The translations under genes and the position numbers were made by a program. Positions 1-10,500 of a DNA stretch of 64,000 bases are shown piece by piece. How positions within the stretch are numbered: the stretch's first letter is position 1; each line of letters starts with the position of its first letter. The notes beneath the pieces are model-generated. The model was not told where the DNA came from. It did no database searches and saw only the letters and a program-made list of their open reading frames with translations. The stretch is taken from IMG/VR virus record IMGVR_UViG_3300010286_000195. One strand, given 5' to 3'. This stretch comes from a virus.

Positions 1-1032
1 ATTTCTTCATTAAAAACATCCGTTGTCCGAATTTGCCCCTCTATTTTTGGAGAGAGCGAACATCATTGTGATCTTTCGGGTAGTAGGAAAGATGAAATTG
101 GTAAAGTTGTCGATGCTTACCTTAATAATAATGAGGTAAGGGCAGTTGTAGAAATTACTGATTCAACTGCTATACAGAAATTAAGAGATGGAACTTGGCA
201 ACCTACGTGGTCTGTGTTCGGTAGTGGACAGCGTGATTCTGACGGATGGGTTCATGGTTATATCAATGAATCGTTAACTTTTGTCAAGAATCCTGCCTGG
301 GAGAACGCGAAAGGTGAAATAATCTTTTCTGCAAGTGAAGATGAACAATCAGAAGTTAAAAATTTAAAATCTTACACTACGTTTGAGTTGAACCAGGATA
401 AAGAAGATTTAAGTAAATATTACGCTTCTATTTTAAATTCTGATGATTTCCTTTCAGATAATTCATCTTCTACTATAATTGATAATACTAAAGGTGAAAC
501 TATGACTGATACTGTTGAAAGCACTCCTACTGATACTGTTAAAAACACTCCTACTGAGAGTGTTAAAAGTACTCCAACTGAGAGTGTTGATTTTGAGAAG
601 GTAATTGCCTCGAAGGATGAGGAAATTGCTAAACTTAAAGAGCAGATTAAAAAGATGGAGAAGGTCCAGGCTGCTGCTATTACCCCTGAGACGTTTGAGA
701 CTGTTGTTGCATCGCGTATTGATGCTGCACTCAAGGCAGAGCGTGAGCGCATTGAGAAGGAACATGCACTTACTGAATACAAGAATTTGTGTGCCTCGCT
801 TGAGATTACGCCCGAAGTTGAGCGTTTCCAGAGTGAGAAGTTTTCCGCATCTGATGTGCGTATGCACATTGATCTTCTGAAAAAGATTGCAGGTAAGCGC
901 GAGCATGTTGAAGCAAGTGCTCCTATGTATACGTCTACTCCTGAGAAGAAGGAAGAGACTCCTGAATCGTTCCAGAATGAATCTGGTTGGACTGTCGGTT
1001 ATTACCGCGATGGTCAGTGGTTCACGGAGTAA
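1..1032 (+). CDS. prohead protease/scaffold fusion (5'-truncated by window edge)
   Basis: Frame is open from base 1, upstream of the listed 214 start. Protease-like N-terminus (SLTFVKNPAWENA) is followed by a Thr/Ser-rich linker and coiled coil; lies upstream of the capsid genes. Confidence 0.65.
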   Translation: MSSLKTSVVRICPSIFGESEHHCDLSGSRKDEIGKVVDAYLNNNEVRAVVEITDSTAIQKLRDGTWQPTWSVFGSGQRDSDGWVHGYINESLTFVKNPAWENAKGEIIFSASEDEQSEVKNLKSYTTFELNQDKEDLSKYYASILNSDDFLSDNSSSTIIDNTKGETMTDTVESTPTDTVKNTPTESVKSTPTESVDFEKVIASKDEEIAKLKEQIKKMEKVQAAAITPETFETVVASRIDAALKAERERIEKEHALTEYKNLCASLEITPEVERFQSEKFSASDVRMHIDLLKKIAGKREHVEASAPMYTSTPEKKEETPESFQNESGWTVGYYRDGQWFTE

Positions 1033-1046
1033 AATAATAATTTGAG

Positions 1047-2006
1047 GTGAATTTTATGGGATATTATGGTTTTGTCGAACCGGATAATAAGGTTATTGCT
1101 TACGCTCCTAATACTATTCTGATTCAGGAAGAGAAGGCAGAAGCAGCAACCATTAAACCGGGCATGGTTGTAATGAAAGGCACGAATGACGATGATGTTG
1201 TTGCATGTGATGGTGTTACGAAGGCACCGTTTGGTATTGCAGGATACGAGCAGTCTTTCTTAGGTGCTGCATCGACTACATCGAATCGTCCTGCCAATGT
1301 TGATACCGCTTACGCCAAGGATGCGCGTGTTCCTGTTCTTGGTGGTGGTGGTTTCGTTGCTATGTTGCATCTTGCTCCTGGTGTTGGCACTGTGAAGGGT
1401 GATCTGCTCGCATCGTGGGGTGGTGGCACTGTTGTACCTGTTGTGCCTATGCCCGGAGGGTATGGTGTCAGGATTCCGTTTGTTAAGAAAACTACGGAGT
1501 TTGATACTGGCGTTGATCTTCCGGAAGGTATGATTGTTTCTGATGTCATTGTTGAGGTGACTAATGAAGTTGCCGATGCTACTATTGATGTAGGGCTCCT
1601 GCATGCTGAAAATAACAATGGTGGTGACGCTGATGGATTCCTTGATGGTGAATCGTGTGCTGCTAAGGGATTTGTAAAGCATAATACTGTTGCTCTTACT
1701 TCTGACGTCACTTCTCTTACGCTTGGTGCCTATTTCAAGGAAGCAGATATTGCTGATGCTACTGCTTCGGATGGTGCACAGACTTATAGAGTTCCTAAAT
1801 ATCATGTTGTTGGTGATGGTCAGGTTTCTGTTTCGTATACTACTTCTGATAGTGATAATCTTGCAGGTAACATCTATATGGTATGTGCTGCCCCTGGTTT
1901 CCAGATTGTAGGTCGTGCTGAAGAGACGCTTGCACCTGTTACTGCAACTGTTAATGATGCTACTGAATTTGTCAGTCAGAACGTTATGGCTAGGGTGTAT
2001 ATTTAA
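1047..2006 (+). CDS. capsid decoration/cement protein (start may be ATG 1056)
   Basis: Lies between scaffold and major capsid protein; Gly/Ala/Val-rich, beta-type composition. Confidence 0.5.
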   Translation: MNFMGYYGFVEPDNKVIAYAPNTILIQEEKAEAATIKPGMVVMKGTNDDDVVACDGVTKAPFGIAGYEQSFLGAASTTSNRPANVDTAYAKDARVPVLGGGGFVAMLHLAPGVGTVKGDLLASWGGGTVVPVVPMPGGYGVRIPFVKKTTEFDTGVDLPEGMIVSDVIVEVTNEVADATIDVGLLHAENNNGGDADGFLDGESCAAKGFVKHNTVALTSDVTSLTLGAYFKEADIADATASDGAQTYRVPKYHVVGDGQVSVSYTTSDSDNLAGNIYMVCAAPGFQIVGRAEETLAPVTATVNDATEFVSQNVMARVYI

Positions 2007-2029
2007 ACTATTTTTGAGGTGACTATAAA

Positions 2030-2878
2030 ATGACTTTTCCCGTTGAATATTACAGACAGATAAAGGATGCCATTGTCTTTACCGCGCGTAAACAGGCAGT
2101 TGCACGTAAGATTATTAATACTCGTAACATTTCCGGTGGTATTGGCGTTCAGCAGTGGACGTATGACACGGCTAATGAAGTTTCGGATGCTCTGCTGACG
2201 TATCAGTTTACGGACACCGCTGAGGATTGGATTGAACTTACTCGCACCGATGTGCCTATTCCGCTTCTGCATAAGGAGTATCGTATCTCGCGTAGGGATC
2301 TCGCTGCTGCTGCTCGCGGTGGATTTGGTATTTCGACCGCTACTGTTTCGAGTGCCGCTTACAAGGTTATGAATCTTGAGAATCAGTTAATTCTCAATGG
2401 TTTTGCTGCCGATGGCACTAATTATGATATCAAGGGACTTTATCAGAGTGCAGGTAACTCTTATACCTCGGAGAAGGATTTTGGAACTAGTGGTAATGCG
2501 TTGGCGGCGGTAGCAGGTGCCATTGATCTGATGCAGGCTGATAACATTACTGGACCTTATAATTTGATTCTTAACCCCACTCAGTATATGGAACTTGCAA
2601 CGTCTATTCTTGGTTCTGGTGCAGGTGAGCGTGAAATAGCAATGGTCAAGGAGATTCTTGAGGGTGGAAATATTTACTCTACGTCCTTCCAGGCTGCTGG
2701 AACGGGTATGCTTCTTGCTGATGCTTCTGCCGGTTTCTTTGAAATGATTGTTGCTCAGGACATGACCACCGAAACTGAAGTACTCCAGAAATCTAAGGAT
2801 CTTTGGGGTAGAGTTTATGAATGTGTGATTCCTGTTGTCTATGATGCAAATGCGATTTGTAAATTAACCAAGATTTGA
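2030..2878 (+). CDS. major capsid protein, HK97 fold (encapsulin/Linocin-M18-like)
   Basis: 282 aa. Motifs P(I)PLLHKEYRISRRDL and ENQLILNG plus a C-terminal ECVIPVV resemble encapsulin-like phage capsid proteins; gene context fits. Confidence 0.8.
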   Translation: MTFPVEYYRQIKDAIVFTARKQAVARKIINTRNISGGIGVQQWTYDTANEVSDALLTYQFTDTAEDWIELTRTDVPIPLLHKEYRISRRDLAAAARGGFGISTATVSSAAYKVMNLENQLILNGFAADGTNYDIKGLYQSAGNSYTSEKDFGTSGNALAAVAGAIDLMQADNITGPYNLILNPTQYMELATSILGSGAGEREIAMVKEILEGGNIYSTSFQAAGTGMLLADASAGFFEMIVAQDMTTETEVLQKSKDLWGRVYECVIPVVYDANAICKLTKI

Positions 2879-2893
2879 GGTTGATGATTTACA

Positions 2894-3283
2894 ATGTCTT
2901 GGAGTAATATTGCAGAACTGCGTGGATTGGTAGAGACTGAAATACCAGATTCTACCCTCCAAGATATTCTTGATATTGCACAGAGATACATTGAATCACG
3001 CATTGGCGTTCAAACAAACCCCTCATATGAAATCCAAACGGCTCATCTTTTTAAATCAGCTGCACTCACTCTAAAGCGAATGAAAACAAACGGCGAATTG
3101 CCGTATATGTCAAAGTTGGGGTCAGCTCAACAATATAATGAGATTGACGATATAATTAAAAAATATGATGCTGATGCTAACGCTTTAATTCGTAAGTCAT
3201 TATTCAGTGTTCAGAAAGCCTCAACTGGATTACCATATGTTCGTTCAAGATGTAAATACGTTGAGGATGAGGAAAATGGGTAG
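2894..3283 (+). CDS. head-tail adaptor
   Basis: 129 aa helical protein directly after the capsid gene; synteny. Confidence 0.55.
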   Translation: MSWSNIAELRGLVETEIPDSTLQDILDIAQRYIESRIGVQTNPSYEIQTAHLFKSAALTLKRMKTNGELPYMSKLGSAQQYNEIDDIIKKYDADANALIRKSLFSVQKASTGLPYVRSRCKYVEDEENG

Positions 3284-3533
3284 CACAGAATCATGCGAGT
3301 TACAGCATTGTCGTTTACGAACTGATATTTTATGTGAAGTTCAACGTAGGGAAGAGAAGCAGGATGCACGATTTCACGCTCTTATTGATGAATTGAGATT
3401 GGATTGGAAGGAGACAAAGAAAGAGGTAATATCAATTAAAGATACGATGATACAGGGTTTTATAGCTTTGATTGTTGCTATCGTTGGTGTTTATGTTTCT
3501 TACCTCTTGTTAAATGTTAATGGATTTTTTTAA
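3276..3533 (+). CDS. small coiled-coil protein with C-terminal transmembrane helix
   Basis: ATG 3276 follows GAGG; hydrophobic C-terminus GFIALIVAIVGVYVSYLLL. Confidence 0.55.
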   Translation: MGSTESCELQHCRLRTDILCEVQRREEKQDARFHALIDELRLDWKETKKEVISIKDTMIQGFIALIVAIVGVYVSYLLLNVNGFF

Positions 3534-3542
3534 GGTGGTTTT

Positions 3543-3923
3543 ATGCAACAGAGTGGGTTTAAAATGAATAATATATTAAAGAAATTAGGCGCTTATTGCA
3601 CCTTTCTTATTCAGGATTCTACAACCCCCTCTGACACTTTTTATCAAGAATCAACCACCACATATAAAGAAGTAAAATATTGGGCTGTTGTTCTCCCTGC
3701 TCGCGCATATGATTTACATTCAAATGTCTTTGCTCGCCAAGAGCGAACCGGCACAGAACTGTTTGGTATTATCAATATTTTTATTAGTAAAACAGATGGT
3801 GATACTCTCGTAATCAATCGGGATTATTACTCTGATTCTATAGGACGCTACCAGATTGTCGGTAAGGAAATATATGGAACCTCTTACTACCTGCTTGAGG
3901 CACACCTGGAGACTGCATTATGA
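3543..3923 (+). CDS. putative head closure (stopper) protein
   Basis: Size, beta-rich composition and position in the neck gene block. Confidence 0.45.
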   Translation: MQQSGFKMNNILKKLGAYCTFLIQDSTTPSDTFYQESTTTYKEVKYWAVVLPARAYDLHSNVFARQERTGTELFGIINIFISKTDGDTLVINRDYYSDSIGRYQIVGKEIYGTSYYLLEAHLETAL

Positions 3924-4342
3924 AAATAATAGTGCAAGGTGTAGAGGAAACCAATCTTAAGTTAAGTCAGATTCTTGCTGCTGTGCAGGAGAACGTTGAT
4001 AAAACGCTTGATTTGTTTAGTAGTGACATGACAAAGGAGATCAAGGACTCTGCTCCGTATGATACAGGACGCTACATGAGTTCTTGGTTTTACGAACGTA
4101 AAGAATCATTGAAGTATGCAATCATAAGTCAAAATTCATACGTTCCTTACAATACGTATCTTGTGTTTGGCACAGAGAAATTCAAACCGATTGCCAATGA
4201 ATCGAAATATAAGTATTCTGATCCTGAACGTGGTATTATCCATGATGTAAGACAGATTAAGTTTATCTATAGTATTAAACTTGGTCAGTTAATTAATCGT
4301 ATGAACTTACTTAATGTAAATTTATCATTAGCGGGGTTATAA
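3920..4342 (+). CDS. HK97 gp10-like tail completion protein
   Basis: APYDTGRYMSSW motif (APxDTGxL-like) and YxPYxxYLVFGT motif. Confidence 0.7.
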   Translation: MKIIVQGVEETNLKLSQILAAVQENVDKTLDLFSSDMTKEIKDSAPYDTGRYMSSWFYERKESLKYAIISQNSYVPYNTYLVFGTEKFKPIANESKYKYSDPERGIIHDVRQIKFIYSIKLGQLINRMNLLNVNLSLAGL

Positions 4343-4740
4343 TGGATATAGATGGTGTTTTAAAAGAGATTGCTAATTTTATCGAGGAGAAAGTTCCAGA
4401 ACTCGATAATAAGGTTACTACCATTTATCCCGAATCAAAAAGATTTACTCCTCCTACCGTTGTAATAGACATTGTATCGGGGAGAGAAACCCTAATCATC
4501 GATGGATCAAAGACTCATGAGTTAGTGCGCATTGCAATCATTTCTGATAAGAAGAGTGAGATCAATCGCATTTTCAAATTACTTACAGATGCTTTCCTAA
4601 ATTATGGACGGGAACTTACATTATGCACTTATGGTGGTGTAAGTTATATTTCTCCCGTTGCTCCCGCATTTGTTGAAAAGGATAGTGCATTGAAACGTGA
4701 ATTAGATATTGTTGTAATTGAATTTAAAAAGAGAGGTTAA
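4342..4740 (+). CDS. putative tail terminator
   Basis: 132 aa; lies between the gp10-like gene and the tail tube gene. Confidence 0.55.
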   Translation: MDIDGVLKEIANFIEEKVPELDNKVTTIYPESKRFTPPTVVIDIVSGRETLIIDGSKTHELVRIAIISDKKSEINRIFKLLTDAFLNYGRELTLCTYGGVSYISPVAPAFVEKDSALKRELDIVVIEFKKRG

Positions 4741-4745
4741 ATATT

Positions 4746-5666
4746 ATGGGACAGAACGCAGGTTATACTACAACCGTTGAATACGTTAAAGAAACTTCAT
4801 TTGGTACGTTACCTACGAATCCTGAAATGGAATGGATTGGTATTGTTACTGATGCTAAGTTTACGGATAAACCGAAATCGTTTTCCACACGGTATTTTAC
4901 GGATGCCACTTACACTGATCCGAAGTCTGCTGCCTATAAGCATATTAAGACTGTAATGGAAGCAGGCGTAGAGATTGAGTATGTGCCACAGGGCATTTTA
5001 GATGGATTTTTAGGATTTGCACTTGGTGGTGATACTTCTTGTACTGGTCTTGTAGATGGTATTAATTCCGTTACGATTGGTGCAATTATCACAGGTGGGA
5101 CGAATAAGTATCTTCTCTACAAGGGATGTGTAGTTGATGAGTTTACGCTTACCATTCCTGAAGATGATGTGCTGAAGTGTTCTGCTAAGTTTACTGCTGC
5201 TGATGCCACCGCACCTTCCGCTTCTGATTATATTGGAACGGGTAGTAATGCAACGGAGAGCACCGATGCAATGCTTACATGTGATGATGTTAGTGACATT
5301 CAGTTAAGCACAGACAATGGTTCTACCTGGTCTGATGCTACTGATATTGTGCGTGAGATTGAGTTGTCTATTTCCAATAAGAACGTCTATCTCAAGGATC
5401 TTGCCTCTACTAACAGCACCCACATTGCAGGTGTTGTAAACGTGGGTAAGGACGTTAAACTTGGTCTTGAACTGTATTATGATGATCTTGACCTTCTTAC
5501 ACAGGTTCGAGCACTTACACAGTGTGGATTTAGGTTTACCATTGATGGTAAGACGTTTACCCTTACCGGGGTTCAGTTCCCTGAGTATCCCCTTGATATC
5601 AAGCCTGATGAGGTTATCGGGGATAAGATTGAATCGCTGCAAGTTACCGGGCTTACTATAACCTAA
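4746..5666 (+). CDS. major tail tube protein
   Basis: 306 aa. N-terminal YVKETSFGTLP motif and GCVVDEFTLTI motif; precedes the chaperones and tape measure gene. Confidence 0.75.
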   Translation: MGQNAGYTTTVEYVKETSFGTLPTNPEMEWIGIVTDAKFTDKPKSFSTRYFTDATYTDPKSAAYKHIKTVMEAGVEIEYVPQGILDGFLGFALGGDTSCTGLVDGINSVTIGAIITGGTNKYLLYKGCVVDEFTLTIPEDDVLKCSAKFTAADATAPSASDYIGTGSNATESTDAMLTCDDVSDIQLSTDNGSTWSDATDIVREIELSISNKNVYLKDLASTNSTHIAGVVNVGKDVKLGLELYYDDLDLLTQVRALTQCGFRFTIDGKTFTLTGVQFPEYPLDIKPDEVIGDKIESLQVTGLTIT

Positions 5667-5684
5667 ATATTTTTGCTGATTACT

Positions 5685-6107
5685 ATGGTCAACGTTACTA
5701 TTAACAATGAAACATATGAACTGACTGATGAACCTTACCACGGCATTGTGCGTAAAGTTCGTAAGATGCAGAAAGCAATGCTTATTGATCTTCTATCCAG
5801 GTTCAAGGATGAACTTGACGATAGTATGAAAATTGAAGATGCTCTTGCTATGATTGCAAACAAGCATCCCGATGAAATTATTGAATATTCTGAGCGTGAG
5901 GAAGATTTCATCGTGATTGCTACGATTTCACTCGCTACAAATAAGATGTGGACGATAGAGGACTTTGACACTGTTCCTATTGGGGAAATGGATAAGATTT
6001 TCCAACAGTGTAAGGATGTTCTTGGTGGCGATGTGAACCGTTTTTTCAGAGGTTACGCGACGAATACACAGGAAGCGCCGAAGGAACTCAAGTTGAAGAA
6101 GAAGTAG
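5685..6107 (+). CDS. tail assembly chaperone (G-like)
   Basis: Lies between tail tube and tape measure genes; carries slippery heptamer T TTT TTC at 6041-6047. Confidence 0.7.
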   Translation: MVNVTINNETYELTDEPYHGIVRKVRKMQKAMLIDLLSRFKDELDDSMKIEDALAMIANKHPDEIIEYSEREEDFIVIATISLATNKMWTIEDFDTVPIGEMDKIFQQCKDVLGGDVNRFFRGYATNTQEAPKELKLKKK

Positions 6108-6415
6108 GACAACTTTCTTTTTCAAATAATAAAGTAGCAGAAGTGCGTAAGAAACTCAAGGGACGTAAATATTTACGCAATCTTCTAGAAGAAGATACCT
6201 ATTACAAGAAAATAGCACGATGGAAACATGCATTGCGTAATGGGTCTGACGATGAAGATTTTGCAGACTTTGTATTAATTGATGCTTTTGGTTGGTCATG
6301 GGATGATATAAACAATATTCCAGAACAAAAGTATCTTGCTATTTCTAAAATATTGTCCTTAAAGAATGCTGAAGAAGCAAAGCAGATTAAACGGCAGAAG
6401 CAGAAGAAAAGGTGA
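6044..6415 (+). CDS. tail assembly chaperone -1 frame extension (GT-like C-terminus)
   Basis: Hand translation shows the -1 frame open from the slippery site to TGA 6415 (FQRLRDEYTGSAEG...VRKKLKG...). Confidence 0.7.
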   Translation, partial: FQRLRDEYTGSAEGTQVEEEVGQLSFSNNKVAEVRKKLKGRKYLRNLLEEDTYYKKIARWKHALRNGSDDEDFADFVLIDAFGWSWDDINNIPEQKYLAISKILSLKNAEEAKQIKRQKQKKR

Positions 6416-6420
6416 GATTG

Positions 6421-9400
6421 ATGCAACTTGGAGATAATGACATTGTAATTTATGTTGGCGGTAATATTACTGACTTACAAAATAAGATGGCACAGGCACA
6501 AAGTATTACTGCCGCTACAAGTGCATCAATGGCTACTACATTCAATCGTGCAATGCGTAGTGTAAGCGATACAATGCGAAGAACGGGTAACACCCTGGTT
6601 GGTTCTGCTGGTGCTGCTTCTGTCGCAATGGTCTATCCTCTTTCTCGTATTTCTAGTTCCATTTTTGAAATCGGTAGTGAACTTGATTCATGGTCGCAGA
6701 AAACTACCGCTGTTTTTGATTTGATGGGACGTGATGCAAACGATGTTAAGAAAGATTTAGAAGAATTTGCCTTTTCCCTTGCCGGAAGTACAATGTTCTC
6801 CGCTAATGAAATTATGGAGTCCATGTATGGAATGGCACAGGCAGGTATGCAAATTAATGATATTTATACTATAATGCCTGAAGTCATTAATCTTGCAACT
6901 GCACAAAATACGGATCTTGATACCTCTTTTAGATTACTTTACGGAACATTGCAAGCATATAAATTAGAAGCGTCCGAAGCATCTAAAGTAACTCACGCTA
7001 TGGCAGCATCAATGAGTGCTTCGGTTCTTGATATTGAAGACTTAGTGTATGCGTTAAAGTATATTAATCCAACATTTGCTGCGCTTGGTTACAGTTATAA
7101 TGAAGGATTAACAATGGTTGCAATGTTGCGTGATTTAACCTTCACTGGTCAGAATGCTGGAAGAATATTACGTGACGCTTTTACTGATTTAATTGCTCCT
7201 ACTGCCGAATCAATGAATATTATGCGTAAGTGGGGCATTTCAGTTTATACCAATGGTGAAGAAATTAATGGGTTAGTTGCTCAATACTATAGTGCTGCTG
7301 AGGCTCTTGAACGGTTAAAGAGTGATACATCCGCTTCTAATGACGAAATACAAAGACAACGCGATTTCATTCTCGAATTAGAAAAACAAATGTTGGGTTT
7401 AGATACTTCTTCAGAACAATGGAAGAGTTTAAATGAAGCATACAAAGAAGCATTATATACCGAAAAAGTAATGAAGAATGAAGTCAGGAAATCTAATTCT
7501 GAAATTGAAAAGCAGACTGCAAAAGTAAAAGCCCTTGAAAAACAAATTAATGAGTTCGCCGCTACTGGAATGAAAGCGCCTGCTGAAATTCTTAATGAAT
7601 TATGGAAGGCGCAAGAAGCGGGCATGACTGAAGGAGAGTTCTCTACCATTTTTGGTAAACAATCATATGCTGCAATGTTGCAACTCACCAGAGATAGGGA
7701 AAAATATGCTGATGTTTTAGAGTATGTTACTTATACTGAAGGTGAGTTAAATGAAGCACAAAGACAAGCGGATATTGTAACTTCTTCTACTGCTGCAAGT
7801 TGGACTATTTTAAATAATCATATAACATCAGCGGCGGGTGAAATTTATAGATCTGTAGCACCTGCATTAAAAGTATTATTTGATTCGTTAAATGAGAACT
7901 TTGACGGTATTAAAGAGTTTTGTATTCTTGTAGCACAGAACTTTATTCCTATCTTACAAGATATTGCTAATCGTGTAATTGGTGTTGTTGAATGGTTTAA
8001 TGGACTAGATGAAGGAACAAAGAATCTTATTGCCAAAATAACAGCAATGGGTGTTGCATTTACACTTATTGGCATTCCAATAATGTTATTTACTGGTATT
8101 ATTATATGGACACTTTCACCAATAGTAAATCTTATCGGTAGATTAGGACTTGCAGCAGAGCGCATTAGTATCTTACGTGCAGGGATGGTTACATTCAATC
8201 CTGACGCTGTAATCTTTGGTAAAAACATAATGGATATCAAGGATTTGGTAGGGGCATTTGCATCTTCATTACTAAACATAAATGGACCACTAACCGTTGT
8301 TAAGAGTGGCATTGCAACATTTGTAGGGACATTCAAAACTCTTGGTGTTGGTGGTGCAGTTCAGAAGTTACTCTTAGGTGGACTTTCAGGAATTTATGGT
8401 GCTATTACAGGTGTGGGTGGAGCATTTACAGCTGCTATTCCCGCAATCATGGGTGCTATTACAGCATTGTTACCCTTAATTGGTTGGATTGCTTTAATTG
8501 TAGCGGCAGTTACCGCACTCTGGTTTGCCTGGAAGAATAATTGGTTTGGAATCAGAGATATTACTGCCAATGCTATCGCGTTCATAATGGATCATATTAA
8601 AATTCTTACTGATTTTGTTAGTGAGACGTTTGGTGTAATCTTTGATAGTATTTCTAATTTAATTGATGCATTTATTAATGGTGATATAAACGGACTGTTC
8701 AATGCTTTAGGTAGTCTTATTGGTGGAATCATCAGGTTAGTGGCTGGTTTACCGCTTAAGATGTTTGAAACTGGATTCCGTATGATCGTTGATTTCTGTA
8801 AGGGAATCATTGATGCTTCACCGAATGTTGGTTCTTCACTTATTGAATGGATCTTAAATGGTGGAATCCAAGAGTTTATTGTTAGTGCAATTAAAGCGGC
8901 TGTAGAAGCAGGTGCAGCATTTGTAAAGGGTTTCATTGACGGAATTATGGGTAAAGCACCTGATGTCAAAGAGAAGGCTGAACCTGTAGGCAAGGCAGTT
9001 ACAGATGGCATAAATGATGGTGTAGAGTCTGGTTTACCCGATGTCTATAAAACAATGGAAGATGGTGCTGTTAAAAGTGCAAATATTTTTGAACAGAAAT
9101 TCAATGAAACGTTCAGTAAAGTAGATACTAAGAATCTTACTGATGATGAATTAAATAATTTTAAGGCACTTGAACTTTCAAGAAAGGTTGTTGATTTAAC
9201 AGATTTAACAGATGATGAAAAACAATTTATTGGTGAATTACAAGCTTTAATTGAAAAAAATGGTGGTGAAATACCAGAGAAAGTAAAGAAGAAAATAGAT
9301 GAACAAGTAAAGGAACAGAAACCCTGGGCTGCTTTCCATGAAGAGTTTAGGAAAGAGTTTGATTTAATTCTTCTAGAATGGAGTGCCATGAGTTTTGAAA

Positions 9401-10500
9401 TGGCCCTAGAAATGAAAAAAGGATTTAAAGCGGCAGAACCTTTTATCAAACTTACTGATGGACTCCAAGATGAAGAAAAACAGTTGATTGGTTTCCTTGA
9501 ATCTGTAGCATCTGAATCTGGTAAGTTACCTGAAGATTTACAAAATGCGTTAAACACTAAACTGGAGATGAAACAACCACTTGATGAATGGTGGACCGAT
9601 TTCTACCAGAAGTGGAAGGATACAGAGAAATTAGTTGAAGAGAAAATAAATGAAGAACCTTTAACTATTAAAGTTGAACTTGAATTTATACCGAAAGAAG
9701 AAGTAAAGGAAGAGGAAGTAGAACAAGAAAGGATTTATTCAAAGGAAGAATTAGAACAAAAGGCAAGAGAATCATCATTACTTTTCAATAATAACTTTGC
9801 TGATGTTCTTACGGGTAACACAAGTGCAACCGGACTGAAAGCGATTATAAACGGTGAGATTGAAAAAACTGTAGAGGGTGCAGGTAAAGCGGGTAAAAGT
9901 GCTGCAAAAGAATATGCATCTAATTTCACTAGTGGATTACGAGAAGAGGACATTGATAGGTTGTTCATGGGTCCAGTAGTGTATGATTTTAATTTACCAA
10001 CCAATGAAACCATTGTGTCTGACGTAACACAGACTGTCGACATTACTATTGAACCCACTACCGATGAGGAGAAGAAAGAACAGATAAAGGTTGATTCTAA
10101 CACTGAAGGTAAAGCATTAATTGAGTCTTACAAGAAAGGTGTAGAAGAGAAAAAACCTGAACTTGACGCTACGGTAGAAACAGTAAAATCATCGATCCTT
10201 GAGAAGTTGAATCTTGCAGAGAAGGCGTATGATCTTGGTTACACATTTGTCAATTCCTTCACGAATGGTATATTAGCGGCACTTCCCGAACTTCAAGCGG
10301 CAGTTAATCAGATGAATGGTATTCTGAACAGTGTAGAAGCACCACCTGTCAGTGTTATGTATAATGGTAGCGGCACTACGAATAACTATGACATTGATGT
10401 AAACCTTAATAATGCGATAATTCGTAGTGAGCAGGACATAGATAAACTTGCAGATGCCGTGTATGAACGTATTAGTAGGAATGCGGGGTTAACAGCATGA
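6421..10500 (+). CDS. tail tape measure protein (TP901-like)
   Basis: About 1360 aa, Ala-rich and helical. TP901-type core (FSANEIMESMYGMAQAG...AASMSAS), hydrophobic middle repeats, C-terminal IRSEQDIDKLA. Confidence 0.9.
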   Translation: MQLGDNDIVIYVGGNITDLQNKMAQAQSITAATSASMATTFNRAMRSVSDTMRRTGNTLVGSAGAASVAMVYPLSRISSSIFEIGSELDSWSQKTTAVFDLMGRDANDVKKDLEEFAFSLAGSTMFSANEIMESMYGMAQAGMQINDIYTIMPEVINLATAQNTDLDTSFRLLYGTLQAYKLEASEASKVTHAMAASMSASVLDIEDLVYALKYINPTFAALGYSYNEGLTMVAMLRDLTFTGQNAGRILRDAFTDLIAPTAESMNIMRKWGISVYTNGEEINGLVAQYYSAAEALERLKSDTSASNDEIQRQRDFILELEKQMLGLDTSSEQWKSLNEAYKEALYTEKVMKNEVRKSNSEIEKQTAKVKALEKQINEFAATGMKAPAEILNELWKAQEAGMTEGEFSTIFGKQSYAAMLQLTRDREKYADVLEYVTYTEGELNEAQRQADIVTSSTAASWTILNNHITSAAGEIYRSVAPALKVLFDSLNENFDGIKEFCILVAQNFIPILQDIANRVIGVVEWFNGLDEGTKNLIAKITAMGVAFTLIGIPIMLFTGIIIWTLSPIVNLIGRLGLAAERISILRAGMVTFNPDAVIFGKNIMDIKDLVGAFASSLLNINGPLTVVKSGIATFVGTFKTLGVGGAVQKLLLGGLSGIYGAITGVGGAFTAAIPAIMGAITALLPLIGWIALIVAAVTALWFAWKNNWFGIRDITANAIAFIMDHIKILTDFVSETFGVIFDSISNLIDAFINGDINGLFNALGSLIGGIIRLVAGLPLKMFETGFRMIVDFCKGIIDASPNVGSSLIEWILNGGIQEFIVSAIKAAVEAGAAFVKGFIDGIMGKAPDVKEKAEPVGKAVTDGINDGVESGLPDVYKTMEDGAVKSANIFEQKFNETFSKVDTKNLTDDELNNFKALELSRKVVDLTDLTDDEKQFIGELQALIEKNGGEIPEKVKKKIDEQVKEQKPWAAFHEEFRKEFDLILLEWSAMSFEMALEMKKGFKAAEPFIKLTDGLQDEEKQLIGFLESVASESGKLPEDLQNALNTKLEMKQPLDEWWTDFYQKWKDTEKLVEEKINEEPLTIKVELEFIPKEEVKEEEVEQERIYSKEELEQKARESSLLFNNNFADVLTGNTSATGLKAIINGEIEKTVEGAGKAGKSAAKEYASNFTSGLREEDIDRLFMGPVVYDFNLPTNETIVSDVTQTVDITIEPTTDEEKKEQIKVDSNTEGKALIESYKKGVEEKKPELDATVETVKSSILEKLNLAEKAYDLGYTFVNSFTNGILAALPELQAAVNQMNGILNSVEAPPVSVMYNGSGTTNNYDIDVNLNNAIIRSEQDIDKLADAVYERISRNAGLTA

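Noticed and set aside
2030-2878. Cellular encapsulin nanocompartment operon
   Set aside because: Flanked by scaffold, neck and tail genes, so it is a virion capsid.
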